This document shows positions 45,975 through 55,912 of a stretch of DNA of 64,000 nucleotides, in pieces. The notes under the pieces are model-generated. The model searched no databases. It was not told where the DNA came from and was given only the letters and a program-made list of their open reading frames with translations. Both the position numbers and the translations under genes were made by a program. Each line of letters opens with the position of its first letter. Within the stretch, counting starts at the first letter, position 1. The DNA is from Vicinamibacterales bacterium (GTDB lineage: Bacteria; Acidobacteriota; Vicinamibacteria; Vicinamibacterales; UBA8438), in NCBI GenBank assembly GCA_963665465.1, contig OY762226.1, positions 5,387,986-5,451,985 on the forward strand, read 5' to 3'.

Positions 45975-46575
45975 GGTCTGTTCACTCTGTTCGGTTGGTC
46001 TCCCGCTGTCGGCGTTCGATCTTCCGGTTTTCGCCATTCAATCCTACAGGGCGTGCTTGCCCGGCCACGCTACCATCAACAGGTGCCCGTCGAGTTGCGA
46101 GCGAACGTTTCGCCACACACTGGCTGGGCCGCCATGCCGGCCTGGCGGTCTGCCGTCACAGCGGTCGCGTGTCGCGGGACGTCCACGGCGTCGGAGCGCG
46201 CAGGGCGATCTCCGACTGGACAACGCGGTCGCCCTCAAGCGGGCGGTGGTCGCCCAGGCCTACGCGATCCACGTCGAGAAGGGCACGGTGGCGGCCGACC
46301 GGCGCATCCTGGAAGGTGCCGGCGCCGTCTACGACTACATCGAGGGCGCCGGCGCCGAGCACCGCACGGTGCAGGTCAAGGTGCTCAACTCCGGCTCGCT
46401 GCTGGTCACGGTGGGCGACCTGCTGGAGTGGTGGGGCAGCGAGGGCTGGTCCGGGGCCGTTTCTGCTCGCCGCGGGGCTCGTCGCCGGCGGCGGGACCGC
46501 GTATCTGCGCCGCGTTCGGAGATAGACCGGGTCGATCCAGCTGCGCCTCGCTGCAACCGCCACCGCCGAGGATGA

Positions 46576-47340
46576 CGACGCCGGCCCCGAGTTCACGGCG
46601 GCCGATGCGTCGAGCGGCACGACGCGGCGCTCAAGTTCGAGGCAGACGGCAACAGCGTCACGCTCAAGGACTCCGGGCATCCCGACAACACGTACCCCGA
46701 CCCAACCGAGCCCTACTACTGGACGCTGGACAACTCTGAGGCGTGGCGGGTGTGGGAGAAGGGACTGGGCGGCGGCGACGTCACCCTCGCGATCAGCAGC
46801 GCAGAAGCCAATCTCTCCGGCATCGCCCGCGCGGCGGTCCGAACCCGCGGCAACTTGGTCGCCGGCCTCGAATTGCGAGCCTTCACGCCGCCGGCCGGCT
46901 TCGTCGTCGGCGCGGCCGCGGTGCTCGTGGCGAGCGGCTCGGCGGTTCTCTACGCCGACGAGGACCGCGGTGGCAGCGACGTCCCGCTCGCGGGCGAGCT
47001 CGGTCTCGGGGGCGGCGAGACGGTCATCAGCCGGATTCGTTGGGACGGCTCCCGCCTGCGGCTGAATGACAACGACAACCTTGAAGCGCTCACGCTCGAT
47101 GACTACTTCCTCGCGCCTGGGCGGCGGGACCACGTCCAGACCCTCGCCGGCGGAGTGGCCAGCTTCCCCGCTGCGGACCACACCAGCGCGCGGGCTGCCG
47201 GCGGGGGCTTCGTCAACTTCAGCAACCTCCCGGCCGACGTGGTGGCCGTCCTCGACGGCATCAGCGTCGGGGACCGGTTCATCTTCGCGGTCGCTCACGA
47301 GGCGCCCGCTCAGCTCAGCTCGCGGGTGTCGCGCGCGCAC
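46576..47340 (+). pseudogene. Phage-like structural protein remnant (no start codon in frame; upstream frames broken)
   Basis: Protein-like composition (FEADGNSVTLKDSGHPDNTYPDPTEPYYWTLDNSEAWRVWEKG...RIRWDGSRLRLNDNDNLEALTLDDYF). It lies just upstream of a tail-protein-X homologue. No family was recognised. Confidence 0.3.
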
Positions 47341-47621
47341 CGATCAGGACGCGCGGCGGGCTTGAGGTCTCGCTGCAACTGCAACTGTCCGGCCTCGTCA
47401 GCGCGGCCGCCCGGACGCGCGGCGCGCTCGAGGCTTCGACGCGCCTCGCGGGCATTGCTCGCGCGAACGTTCGGGTTCGCGGCGGCCTCGGTGTCTCGAG
47501 GCGCATCGCTGCAGGTGTCGCACGTGCGGGCATCCGGACGCACGCAACGCTTGCAAGCAGGGCCCGGCTGGCCGGCGCGCCGCACGCAGCTATCCGGCTC
47601 CGGTCAGGCCCGCGGCTGCGG

Positions 47622-47924
47622 GTGGATCCCCGCGTGGTCTACACTGCGGGGGGCGACGTGCTGGATGAGCTCTCCTGGCGTCGCTACGGTCGCGCCGACA
47701 CTGTCCCGATGGTGCTGGCCGTGAATCCGGGGTTGGCTGACGTTGCCCCGGTGCTGCTGGCGAACACCCCGATCGTGCTCCCAGACCTGCCGCCAGCGGC
47801 CCGGGGTCCGCCTGCCGGTCGGCTGTGGGATGTCGCGCCTGCGTGGATCGTGCTGCCAGAGAGTCTCGGCGCCTACGTGCGGCTCCGTGGGGCCCTCCGC
47901 ATCGCCGTTCGAGTAGGCGGATGA
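47622..47924 (+). CDS. Phage tail protein X (P2 gpX-like); homology covers the first 70 codons
   Basis: VVYTAGGDVLDELSWRRYGRADTVPMVLAVNPGLADVAPVLLANTPIVLPDL......RLWD parallels P2 gpX (GDTLDAICVRYYGR...VLAANPGLAE...LPD...LWE, from memory). The ORF reads on past the expected end at 47831. Confidence 0.55.
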   Translation: MDPRVVYTAGGDVLDELSWRRYGRADTVPMVLAVNPGLADVAPVLLANTPIVLPDLPPAARGPPAGRLWDVAPAWIVLPESLGAYVRLRGALRIAVRVGG

Positions 47925-48019
47925 ACGACCCTGCGCCAGCGTCTCTCGCACAACATGCAGGGCCGGGTTTCGGGACCACCGAGTGTGCGACTATTCGAGC
48001 GAGCGGATAAAGCGCTGTG

Positions 48020-48601
48020 GTCGTCTTCCAGGCGGATGTTGAAGTGGATCCCGTCGACCCACACGTAGACGAAGTCGCACCCCGACAGGTCCCGGCGCCG
48101 GAACGCCTGATACTCGGTGTCCCAAGTGCCCGTCAGCCGCGCGATGTTCGTCGCGCTCAGACCCGCCGCGTCCTCACCGAGCAGCACCGGCAACGCCTCG
48201 CGGAAGTCGCCCGTCGACAAGCCGCGCAGATACAGCAGCGGCAGAACCTCGGCCACCTGCGGCGACCGCCGCATGTACGGCGGCAGGATCCGGCTCGTGA
48301 ACCGCTGCCGCGCGCCGTCGTCGTCAACCCGCTGGTCGTTCACCCGCGGCGCACAAACCTGCATCGTCCCTGCACCGCAGGTCACCGTGCGGGATTGCCC
48401 ACGGCCGTTGCGCACGACCAGCCGCCGGCCGGCTGCGTCGCGCGCGTCGGCATGCGCCTCGATGTAGTGCGCAACCTCTTCCTCCAACGCCGTCGCCAGC
48501 ATCCGTCGCGCGCCCTCTCGGGCCACCTCATCGAGGGTCGGAGCGACACTCTCGGTCGTGCCGGCGTTGTCTTCGCGCGCTGGGTCGAGTACCTTCAGCA
48601 T
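48020..48601 (-). pseudogene. IS256-family transposase, N-terminal 194-codon fragment
   Basis: MLKVLDPA...LDEVAREGARRMLATALEEEVAHYIE...RILPPYMRRSPQVAEVLPLLYLRGLSTGDF...FVYVWVDGIHFNIRLEDD, after which similarity is lost. Confidence 0.8.
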
Positions 48602-48861
48602 TGGGTGGTGTCTCCTTCCCCCCGGCCCGCCAGCCAGGGTGGTTTTCGTGTTCACGTGGAAGGATACGCCACCTGTTTCACGCCGCCCGATCCACAACTT
48701 TCGGTTATATCTCCGCTGTGGTCAGCGGATCCGCTGCGAGTTTCGCATGGTGAACAGATCCAGTACTCTCTTCCAGTACTCTCTTGCTCTTGCGACTGGC
48801 TCTTGCGACTGCGGTCTGGTGTCGACGTCGATGGCGCAGGCACGGGGAAACAAAACTGGCG

Positions 48862-49647
48862 ATGTGTGCTCCGCAAACCGAACGCGATCCATTCCGCGTC
48901 TTGATGGGACTTCTTCGCGCCCACAAAGACGCCGATAAACTGTTGGTGGCTGCCGAAGCAGCGGGACTGCATTTCGCAGCCGACCCAGGCGAGGAGCAAG
49001 GCGGAACACACAAGACTCGAATCCGAGTGCTCGCGCCCCGGATCCTGGCCGCATACGATGATCTATCCGGTGACGAGCGACTGGTGGCGGGGCAGGCGGC
49101 CCTGCGGGCGCTTCGCGATGACGGCTTTGATATGGAGGCGGTGAGCCAGAGTTTCAACGCCGCCGGGTGGGAACTGCGGGATACCGGCTTCGTCGTCCGA
49201 TCGCCCGAAACTCGGGAGTTGTTCTTTCCGAAGGGTTCGCAGTGGGACGCGTTCGTGGTGCTGAGAGACTTGATGGCACGGGCGGGGGAACGCATTATCG
49301 TGGTCGATCCCTACTGCGACGACACCGTATTCGAGATGCTCGCACAGCCGCGGGACGGACTCACGCTGGAGATCTTGTGCTCGAGGACCTCCGCCGGTCC
49401 GTTAGTCGGGGCCGCCCGACGCTTTCGTGAGCAGTACCCGGGCGTGACGGTGCGGGTGCGTGCAACGCGCGACTTCCATGATCGCTTCGTCGTGTTGGAC
49501 GACGACACGTGCATACACGTCGGGGCGTCGATCAATCACGCTGGGAGAACGGCGTTCATGGTTAGCGTGGTTGAAGACCACGCCAATCGCGATGCACTTC
49601 TCCAGCAGATCCGCGCGAGCTGGCAGAATGCGACCGAGGCAACCTGA
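48862..49647 (+). CDS. Hypothetical protein with PLD-like (HxD variant) C-terminal module
   Basis: IIVVDPYCDDTVFEML...TLEILCS... and RDFHDRFVVLDDDTCIHVGASINHAGRTAFMVS resemble the non-canonical PLD/MIT_C-like fold (from memory). The start is uncertain (48862 or 48904). Confidence 0.4.
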   Translation: MCAPQTERDPFRVLMGLLRAHKDADKLLVAAEAAGLHFAADPGEEQGGTHKTRIRVLAPRILAAYDDLSGDERLVAGQAALRALRDDGFDMEAVSQSFNAAGWELRDTGFVVRSPETRELFFPKGSQWDAFVVLRDLMARAGERIIVVDPYCDDTVFEMLAQPRDGLTLEILCSRTSAGPLVGAARRFREQYPGVTVRVRATRDFHDRFVVLDDDTCIHVGASINHAGRTAFMVSVVEDHANRDALLQQIRASWQNATEAT

Positions 49648-49924
49648 CCGCGCTCTTCGCATAGCTTCCATGCCGACCTCGAGCTCGCCGGACGGCGGAA
49701 GATGGCCGGTCACCCGAGGAGCCGCTCGATGGCTGGCGCCGGGCGGGCAACCATCGCCGGGGGCGCACGCGACGTCGCCGCCAGCCGTTCCGGGCGCGCC
49801 ACTCCCGGGCGCTGGCCACGCATGGACCAGGCCGCTTCACCGAGGAAGGATGCTGCCACCCCAAGCCCAACACCCCTTCCGAGTCCCATCTCAGACTGAT
49901 CACGGATTGCCACCGACGCGGGGA

Positions 49925-50506
49925 ATGCACCACACTGTAGGTTCCTTGATGACGCTCCTAGAACACGTGGTCGACAATTGGCGGGTGGTCCTGAAATACC
50001 CGCTCTTGGCCGTCGCCCTAGTCGTCCTCGGAGCGGTGCCCGCATGGTTCTCGAGGGGGGTTGTGGTATCGAACCTGGAGAGCGAGGTTGCCCTACTGAA
50101 GAGCCAGCTGGAAGCTGCTGGCCGGGCCCCCCAGGGTCCATTGCCGTCGTACTCCCTCGGTGGATCGGCCATCTTGTTCCGTAGCAGTCCGGAGTGGGCG
50201 ACTCCGAGTACTGCCAGGAGGGTCGAACTCGACTGGGGCCGGCTGGAGGGCATTGACGTCAACGCTGTGTTGCAGATCCGTTCCAGAGGGGAGTCCAGCT
50301 GGGTCCAAGGTCGGATCCTGAACGTCACCGACGGCGCGGTTGTCGCAACCAGCGGGCGGCACAGTGGCGATCAGCTCCTGAGGCGCTTCACGCTACCGCG
50401 GGCTACCGGCGTCAAGACCTACGAAGTGCAGATACGGGGGCACAGAGCAGGGTTCTTCGCAGACCTTGAACTGCGGCCGCCCTCCGCCCCGTCAACACGC
50501 CGTTGA
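49925..50506 (+). CDS. Hypothetical N-terminally anchored membrane protein
   Basis: MHHTVGSLMTLLEHVVDNWRVVLKYPLLAVALVVLGAVPAWF (TM), then a coiled coil and a beta-rich domain. No family was recognised. Confidence 0.35.
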   Translation: MHHTVGSLMTLLEHVVDNWRVVLKYPLLAVALVVLGAVPAWFSRGVVVSNLESEVALLKSQLEAAGRAPQGPLPSYSLGGSAILFRSSPEWATPSTARRVELDWGRLEGIDVNAVLQIRSRGESSWVQGRILNVTDGAVVATSGRHSGDQLLRRFTLPRATGVKTYEVQIRGHRAGFFADLELRPPSAPSTRR

Positions 50507-50871
50507 CATAGTCAACGCTTGGATCAACTGTTTTCGCGCGCCTTTAGTCACGAGGAAAACGGGCAGTGTCACACGTCTCGCGGGTGCCCCCGCAACGGGC
50601 CGATCGCCGCCTCGGCGACCGGCAATAGTAGTTGTCGTTGATCAGTAGCGCACGAGATCGACCTGGACGACTGGTCTCGCGCGCGCACAGAGCTGCCCCC
50701 GATCGCGCAAACGGCTGCCGATCGCGATGGTGCGTACGTGGCGCGGAAGGTCCTCGAGGACGCGGTGGAAGTGAGTCGTACCGCACGCGGGCGCCTGGCG
50801 TAGCTCATAAGGGTTGCCGTCCGCCACGCGAGCTGGTTGGAGGGGTGCGAGAGCGGGACCGCGCCGGGAGT

Positions 50872-52020
50872 CTAGATGTCCCTCTCGACATACGCCGCCC
50901 ACTGGTCCATCAGCGGACGGCGTTTCTCTAGCAGATCGGACCTCGCGTAGGATGCCTCCGTCTGGTTCCTCACTACGTGAGCGAGCGCGGCTTCGATGAC
51001 CTCGCGCGGGTGGTTCGTTCGCTCCGACGCCCAGTCCCGGAACGACGAGCGGAACCCGTGCGGCACGGCTGCGACCCGTTGCTCCTTGAGCAGCTTCGAC
51101 AGCGTCATGTCGGACAGCGGCTTGCCGCGCGCACTGGGGAAAACGAGGCCGGCACGATCGCCGAGCGACGTCGCGTCGTGCAGGATCTCGACGGTGCGGC
51201 GGCTCAGCGGCACGCGATGCTCGCGCTCGGCCTTCATCCGTTCGGCAGGCACGGTCCATACGGCGGAGGTAAGATTGATCTCGTTCCACGTCGCCAGCCG
51301 CACCTCGCCAGACCGTGCCGCCGTGAGGACCAGGAATTCGAACGCCAGCTTGGTCCCGAGCCACGCGCGGGAGCCGTGCACTACAGCGACCGCAGCCGCT
51401 ACCTCGCCATGAGGCAGTGCCGGCATATGGCGGACGTGTTTCGAACGTTTGGGGAGAGCTGCCGTGATGGCCTCGCCGGCCGGATTGTCCTGGCGGTATC
51501 CTTGCGCGACGGCCCATTTCATGACCGTGCCGATTCGCCGTCGCACCTTGCGCGCGGTCTCGTGCTTGCATGTCCAGATCGGCACGAGGACAGCCATCAC
51601 GTCCGCGGTCGTGATTTGGTCGACGCTCGTGCGGCCGATCTGCGGGTAGGCGTAAGCCCGGAGCGTCGACCGCCAGAGGGAAGCCGTCTTGCCCCCGTCC
51701 TTCCATGCTTCGCGATGGAGTGCGATGACCTTGTCGACCGCCGTCTCGAACGTCGGCGTCCTGGCCTTGCGTCGTTCCGTCAACAGGTCTCGACCGTCAG
51801 CGATGGCGCGGCGGTTCGTGAAGGCCCGGTCGCGGGCCATCGCCAGCGAGACGACCGGCCAGCCGCCGAGGCCGAGATCGTGCCGGCGGCCGTCGATCGT
51901 GATCCGCTGGACCCAGTTCTTCGTTCCGCGAGGAGAGACGACGAGATGCAGCGTGCCGCCGTCGCCGTACCGGCCCGGCATCGTCAACGCGCGCACCTTG
52001 CCGACGGTCAGTTTGCCCAA
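50872..52020 (-). CDS. int: P4-type tyrosine integrase (DUF4102 N-terminal domain)
   Basis: 382 aa. The N-terminus GKLTVGKVRAL..PGRYGDGGTLHLVVSPRGTKNWVQR is DUF4102-like. Catalytic motifs are AARSGEV, HGFRSSFRDW and ALAHVVRNQTEASYARSD. Confidence 0.85.
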   Translation of the reverse strand: MGKLTVGKVRALTMPGRYGDGGTLHLVVSPRGTKNWVQRITIDGRRHDLGLGGWPVVSLAMARDRAFTNRRAIADGRDLLTERRKARTPTFETAVDKVIALHREAWKDGGKTASLWRSTLRAYAYPQIGRTSVDQITTADVMAVLVPIWTCKHETARKVRRRIGTVMKWAVAQGYRQDNPAGEAITAALPKRSKHVRHMPALPHGEVAAAVAVVHGSRAWLGTKLAFEFLVLTAARSGEVRLATWNEINLTSAVWTVPAERMKAEREHRVPLSRRTVEILHDATSLGDRAGLVFPSARGKPLSDMTLSKLLKEQRVAAVPHGFRSSFRDWASERTNHPREVIEAALAHVVRNQTEASYARSDLLEKRRPLMDQWAAYVERDI

Positions 52021-52182
52021 GCAGCCTCTCGTTCAGCCCTCATCGTAATCCCACCAATTATACCACTCCAAATGTGGGATTCACTGAAACCGTCTGCGAG
52101 CTCATGAAACACAGAATCCGCAGGACCGGTCAATGATTACGGGCCAGCGTGGAACGTCCTGGGTGGGGGCGGAACAGGCAGG

Positions 52183-52216
52183 TGGCGTCCCCAACGGGAG
52201 TCGAACCCGTCCCGCA
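52183..52216 (-). other. tRNA-Glu-like 3' fragment (T-arm, acceptor 3' strand, CCA); probable att remnant
   Basis: The minus strand reads ...ACGGGTTCGACTCCCGTTGGGGACGCCA. The T-stem/loop is canonical and GGGGACG-CCA is the tRNA-Glu acceptor end. The upstream 60 nt do not fold into D and anticodon arms. Confidence 0.4.
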
Positions 52217-52295
52217 GAAGAAGATCCCCGGGACTGCCTTCTTCCCGGGCGGTTGTGGCCTGTGGCGAGAGAGACCCGGCGCGGACTTGCTTCCC

Positions 52296-52883
52296 ATGCC
52301 ACTCGGGAAGGTCATGGTTCTCGGGCAGGACTTCAACAACAAGAAGGGGTACTCGAAAGCCCTCGAGGTGGGGCACGAGCTGGGTACCCCCACATGGCGG
52401 GGGTCGGGGCGGGGGCGGGGCCTGCTTGGGCTCCTGAGAGACGCCAACATCTCGCCGACGGACTGCTTCTTCACGAACGCGTACATGGGGTTGCGCTCCG
52501 CCGAGTCCAGCAACAATGGTCCGTTTCCGGGAAGGACGGACAAGGAATTCGTGGAACGATGCCAGTCGTTCCTGCAGAAGCAGATCGCTGTGCAGCAACC
52601 GAGACTCCTCCTGGTACTAGGGTTGGAGGTCGTGAGGTTCATCGCACCGCTCTCGCCTCAGTTGGACGTGTGGCTCGACGCGTCCAACTGGGGGAGCGTG
52701 GACGCCGCTGGCCCCGTGAAGCATCAGGTGCGCTTCGGTGACGGTACGGCGCGGATGATCGTCGTCACCCTGCTGCACCCCAGCTACCGGGAGCTGAACT
52801 TGAAGCTCCGCAGCTACCGCGGCCGGACAGGGGACGAGGCGGAGCTGACCATGCTGCGGGAGAGCGCGACGGCGCTGTTCTGA
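52296..52883 (+). CDS. Uracil-DNA-glycosylase-superfamily-like protein
   Basis: VMVLGQDF (compare GQDPY), FFTNAYMG and LLHPSY (compare HPS) occur in UDG-fold order. 195 aa. The family is not assigned. Confidence 0.45.
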   Translation: MPLGKVMVLGQDFNNKKGYSKALEVGHELGTPTWRGSGRGRGLLGLLRDANISPTDCFFTNAYMGLRSAESSNNGPFPGRTDKEFVERCQSFLQKQIAVQQPRLLLVLGLEVVRFIAPLSPQLDVWLDASNWGSVDAAGPVKHQVRFGDGTARMIVVTLLHPSYRELNLKLRSYRGRTGDEAELTMLRESATALF

Positions 52884-54057
52884 GGCTTCGGTGCCGACAG
52901 GCGTTCGGCCATGCGTTGCGTCAGCAACGTCCGGGCCTTATCGACAACGTGCTGCTGGCCGACCGCGACCGCGCGCGGGCGAGCTGATCGCCGCGCGCCG
53001 TACGGTCGAGGGCGGGCGAGCAGCCGTCGGCGGCGGCCCCCGCCGGGACCGCGTGCCGGCGTCGAGCTCGCCGACGAAGTTCCTCGCGATCGACGTCGCC
53101 CTGGTCGGCCGCCCAGCGGTCGGCCGCGGCGGATCGTGCTGCCGCAGCGGCATAACGCCGCCGGCGGCGGCGCCGCGGGCGGCGGTCCGGTCAATGATCC
53201 CAGTGGTTTTCTGGCCGATCGGCGGGAGGCCGAGCCGGTCTACGTAACGCCTGTTATCGGACGCCGGCCCGACCTCGGGCCGGCCCCGTTGGCGTACACC
53301 CCATACGATCAACGGATATATTTCTCGTCGGGCGTCCGCTGAACCACGGTCTTCAGCGCCCGGCCGAGCTCCCGCGACTCGGCAGTCGTTCACGAGCGCA
53401 TGCGCCAACGCGTAGAGCTCCACGGCGTTCTTCGCCCCATCGAACCGCACCTCGATCCGATTCCGTTCGACGGTGACGCCCTCGGGCAGGCTCACCAGCT
53501 TCGCGCCGAGCGACTCGACGGGCAGCTTCACGCGGATCCCGGTCAACCGCGCCTTCCGGAGCTCGCCGACCAGGTGCTGCCGACGTTCCTCCTCGACACG
53601 GAACGCCGCAGGGGGACGCACGCCTCGCCCCTGCGCGCGCTGCGCGAGGCGGTGCTCGAACGCAACCGCGAAGGACGGACGGCATGATCGCTGACTGTCT
53701 ACCACCGGCTCACCGCGGCCGTCAGCGACGTCGAATCAGCGGACCGTTCGCGCACGACAGCCGCACCGCCGCCCTCGCCGGCGGACGCCCTGCGGGGCAG
53801 CCCTGGAGTCCGCCCCCGAACTCCCGCTTACGCCTGCCGGAGCATTCCGCGCACCGGTCTGGACCCGACCCGCTCCCCTTGGGTCGTGCGAGCATGTCAC
53901 CATGCAGATGAAGGCGCGGGTCGCGACGGCCTCGACAAGTCCCGCTCCCTCGCCGAGTCAACCGCGTCTGGGAGGCGCGCCGAACGGTTCCGTCACCCCC
54001 CAGGCCCTGGGAGTTGCCCGACACAACGTCCACGCTCTTTGAGTTAGGTTCCCAACC

Positions 54058-54930
54058 GTGATCTATTGCCCCTACAGCAATCGTGACCTCCCGGAGAATG
54101 CGACGAACCGCGAACATATCCTGCCGCTATCGCTCGGCGGTGTTGATGGTTTCGAGATACGTGTCGACACGGCGGTCAATTCGTATCTCGGTACAGCTCT
54201 CGACGCGCCGCTCGCCAGTGAACTCCTCTTCGCGTTGCGTCGAACGAAGTACAACGTTCGTGGACACAGTGGTAAGGAGCCTTTGGCGACGATCAGGAAG
54301 GCGCGCTATGGATCTAACAACCGACCGGCGCAGGTATCCTTCCATTCTAAGAGAGGATTGTGCGTTTGGGACGCGCGGGACCGCAAAGAGGTTACGGAGA
54401 GCGTCGGTGCTTTCTGCATCAACACCTCGCTAAATATCGATTTGCCCGTGCGCTTCACCGCAAAAGTCGCACTTGCCGCCGGATACTACGTCTACGGCAA
54501 CCTATTCCGCGAGCATGTTGATCATCACCAACTGCGAGACGTGATGAACACCGATCCAGCCAAACTCGCTCTGCGCGCTTCCCGGGCCGTGCCCACACCT
54601 GAGCGCCTCACACTGCAAGTTGATAGCTACTTGCACACGCCTCCCTCTGATAACGACATAACTCTCCCAGCCCTTCGGGCATTCTGCTCGACAGTGAGAG
54701 GGTCGGTCGTCGTGCTTATGCCGGGTCCAGACTGTTTCGGGGTTGGGGTTGGAATCCTTGGACAATACCTTGGGACGATAATCGCGCCCGCCAAGACCGA
54801 TTCATTTCCCAACGCTGGCGACTATGCATGGGGGCACGTCGTAGCCAGCGTTGACGGCAAGCTTCGGCGATGGTCTTGGGTGCACGCGCTCACACAGTGG
54901 ACAGGGATTTTGTCGAGCGAAGAACCGTGA
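54058..54930 (+). CDS. HNH-endonuclease-domain protein (290 aa)
   Basis: N-terminal CPYSNRDLPENATNREHILPLSLGG is an HNH-type motif. The C-terminal ~200 aa is unassigned. GC is visibly lower than in the neighbours. Confidence 0.55.
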   Translation: MIYCPYSNRDLPENATNREHILPLSLGGVDGFEIRVDTAVNSYLGTALDAPLASELLFALRRTKYNVRGHSGKEPLATIRKARYGSNNRPAQVSFHSKRGLCVWDARDRKEVTESVGAFCINTSLNIDLPVRFTAKVALAAGYYVYGNLFREHVDHHQLRDVMNTDPAKLALRASRAVPTPERLTLQVDSYLHTPPSDNDITLPALRAFCSTVRGSVVVLMPGPDCFGVGVGILGQYLGTIIAPAKTDSFPNAGDYAWGHVVASVDGKLRRWSWVHALTQWTGILSSEEP

Positions 54931-55128
54931 CTACTCCGCGCCGGCGGCGCGCTCCGCGACGCGGCGCTCCTCCGCCCAAACGGATCACTGATTCCGGTCC
55001 AAGCCGATCGCCGATTCCGGTCCAGACCGATCACCCCCGGTGGGAGCCGAGCGGCGCGGGACGACCCGCCGGGTGCGCGCCTTGGGTCGGATAACGCAGA
55101 CTGACTCGGCGGACGGGCGGCCTGCTGC

Positions 55129-55165
55129 GGGTTGTTTGCGGGAGGGGGCGCATTCCTACGTTTAG
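55129..55165 (+). repeat. Tn3-family terminal inverted repeat (copy 1)
   Basis: GGGTTGTTTGCGGGAGGGGGCGCATTCCTACGTTTAG. It has the GGG...ACG.TAAG-type architecture and 33/37 identity to 56273..56309. Confidence 0.65.
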
Positions 55166-55189
55166 CTCGCGCGTCACGGTCCTGCGGCT

Positions 55190-55411
55190 TCAGGACGCAA
55201 GGACCTTCTGGCCCTGCTCGCGTAGCTCGCCCTGCGGGCCGACGTACCGGTAGAGCGTCACCGGCCTGATGCCGAGCTCCCGGCACAGCGCGGACACCGA
55301 CGTGTCGCGGTGCGCCATCGCGGCCTGGGCGAGCCGCATCTGAGCTTTCGTCAGCGCGAACTTCCTCCCACCCCTGCGCCCGCGTGCCCGTGCGGCTTTG
55401 AGCCCGGCCAC
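55190..55411 (-). pseudogene. tnpR: Resolvase/invertase C-terminal HTH fragment
   Basis: AGLKAARARGRRGGRKFALTKAQMRLAQAAMAHRDTSVSALCRELGIRPVTLYRYV is the linker plus HTH of a small serine recombinase. The catalytic domain is absent. Confidence 0.6.
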
Positions 55412-55912
55412 GGTTGCGTTCGCGGATCAGCTCCCGCTCGCTCGGGCCAGCCCATCACCCGCTGCCCCGCATCGATGCGCCGGCCCCACTCCGCGAGCCC
55501 GGGCGCGCTCCTCCTCCTCGGCCTCGCGCCGCAGGCGGGTCCAGGTAGCGCTCGTGCCGGCCGCCGCGACACCGCGAGCCGGCGACGCCCGCTCCGCCTC
55601 GTTCCACACTCGCATCACAGCCACTCCATCCTGACCGCCGTTCAGTCGCGTCCCGAACCCCCGCGGGAGCTCGACGTCGAGGGCGTCGAGGTCGACGTCG
55701 TAGACGCCTTCGAGGAGCTCGGCGGTCCGGGAGTCGGCCAAGGACTCGGGCAGCTGATCGCGCCAGGCTTCGTACTCGGCCTGCAGGGTCCGGAGCTCGG
55801 CCAGGGCCGCAGCCCATCGCCTCGGCCGCGGCGGCGTCCGGGGCGGTGGGACGCCGGCGTTGCGGCGCTCGCGCCAGCGAGGGTACCGACACCATTCGTG
55901 TTCTGGTGCACG

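Noticed and set aside
46156-47340. A 394-aa minus-strand ORF across the phage-like region.
   Set aside because: Its composition (R, A, G, V, D runs with few aromatics) looks like an antisense shadow. The plus strand carries protein-like segments and is co-oriented with the gpX homologue.
52183-52275. A possible complete 93-nt tRNA (long-variable-arm or Sec type) upstream of the integrase.
   Set aside because: The T-arm and acceptor 3' strand are canonical. However, I could not form a 7-nt anticodon loop or a D-arm, and there is no UCA anticodon. It is reported only as a tRNA-Glu-like 3' fragment.
52938-53705. A 255-aa minus-strand ORF and overlapping ORFs in the 52.9-54.0 kb gap.
   Set aside because: Only the first ~100 residues look protein-like, and I recognise no family. 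The remainder is Arg/Pro/Ala-rich, and competing ORFs overlap it. I could not support a call, so the region stays unexplained.
55427-55741. A 104-aa minus-strand ORF between the two resolvase stubs (…LADSRTAELLEGVYDVDLDALDVELPRGFG…).
   Set aside because: It vaguely recalls C-termini of plasmid/transposon accessory proteins ending in RGFGRD. It is truncated and I cannot name the family, so it is not reported as a feature.
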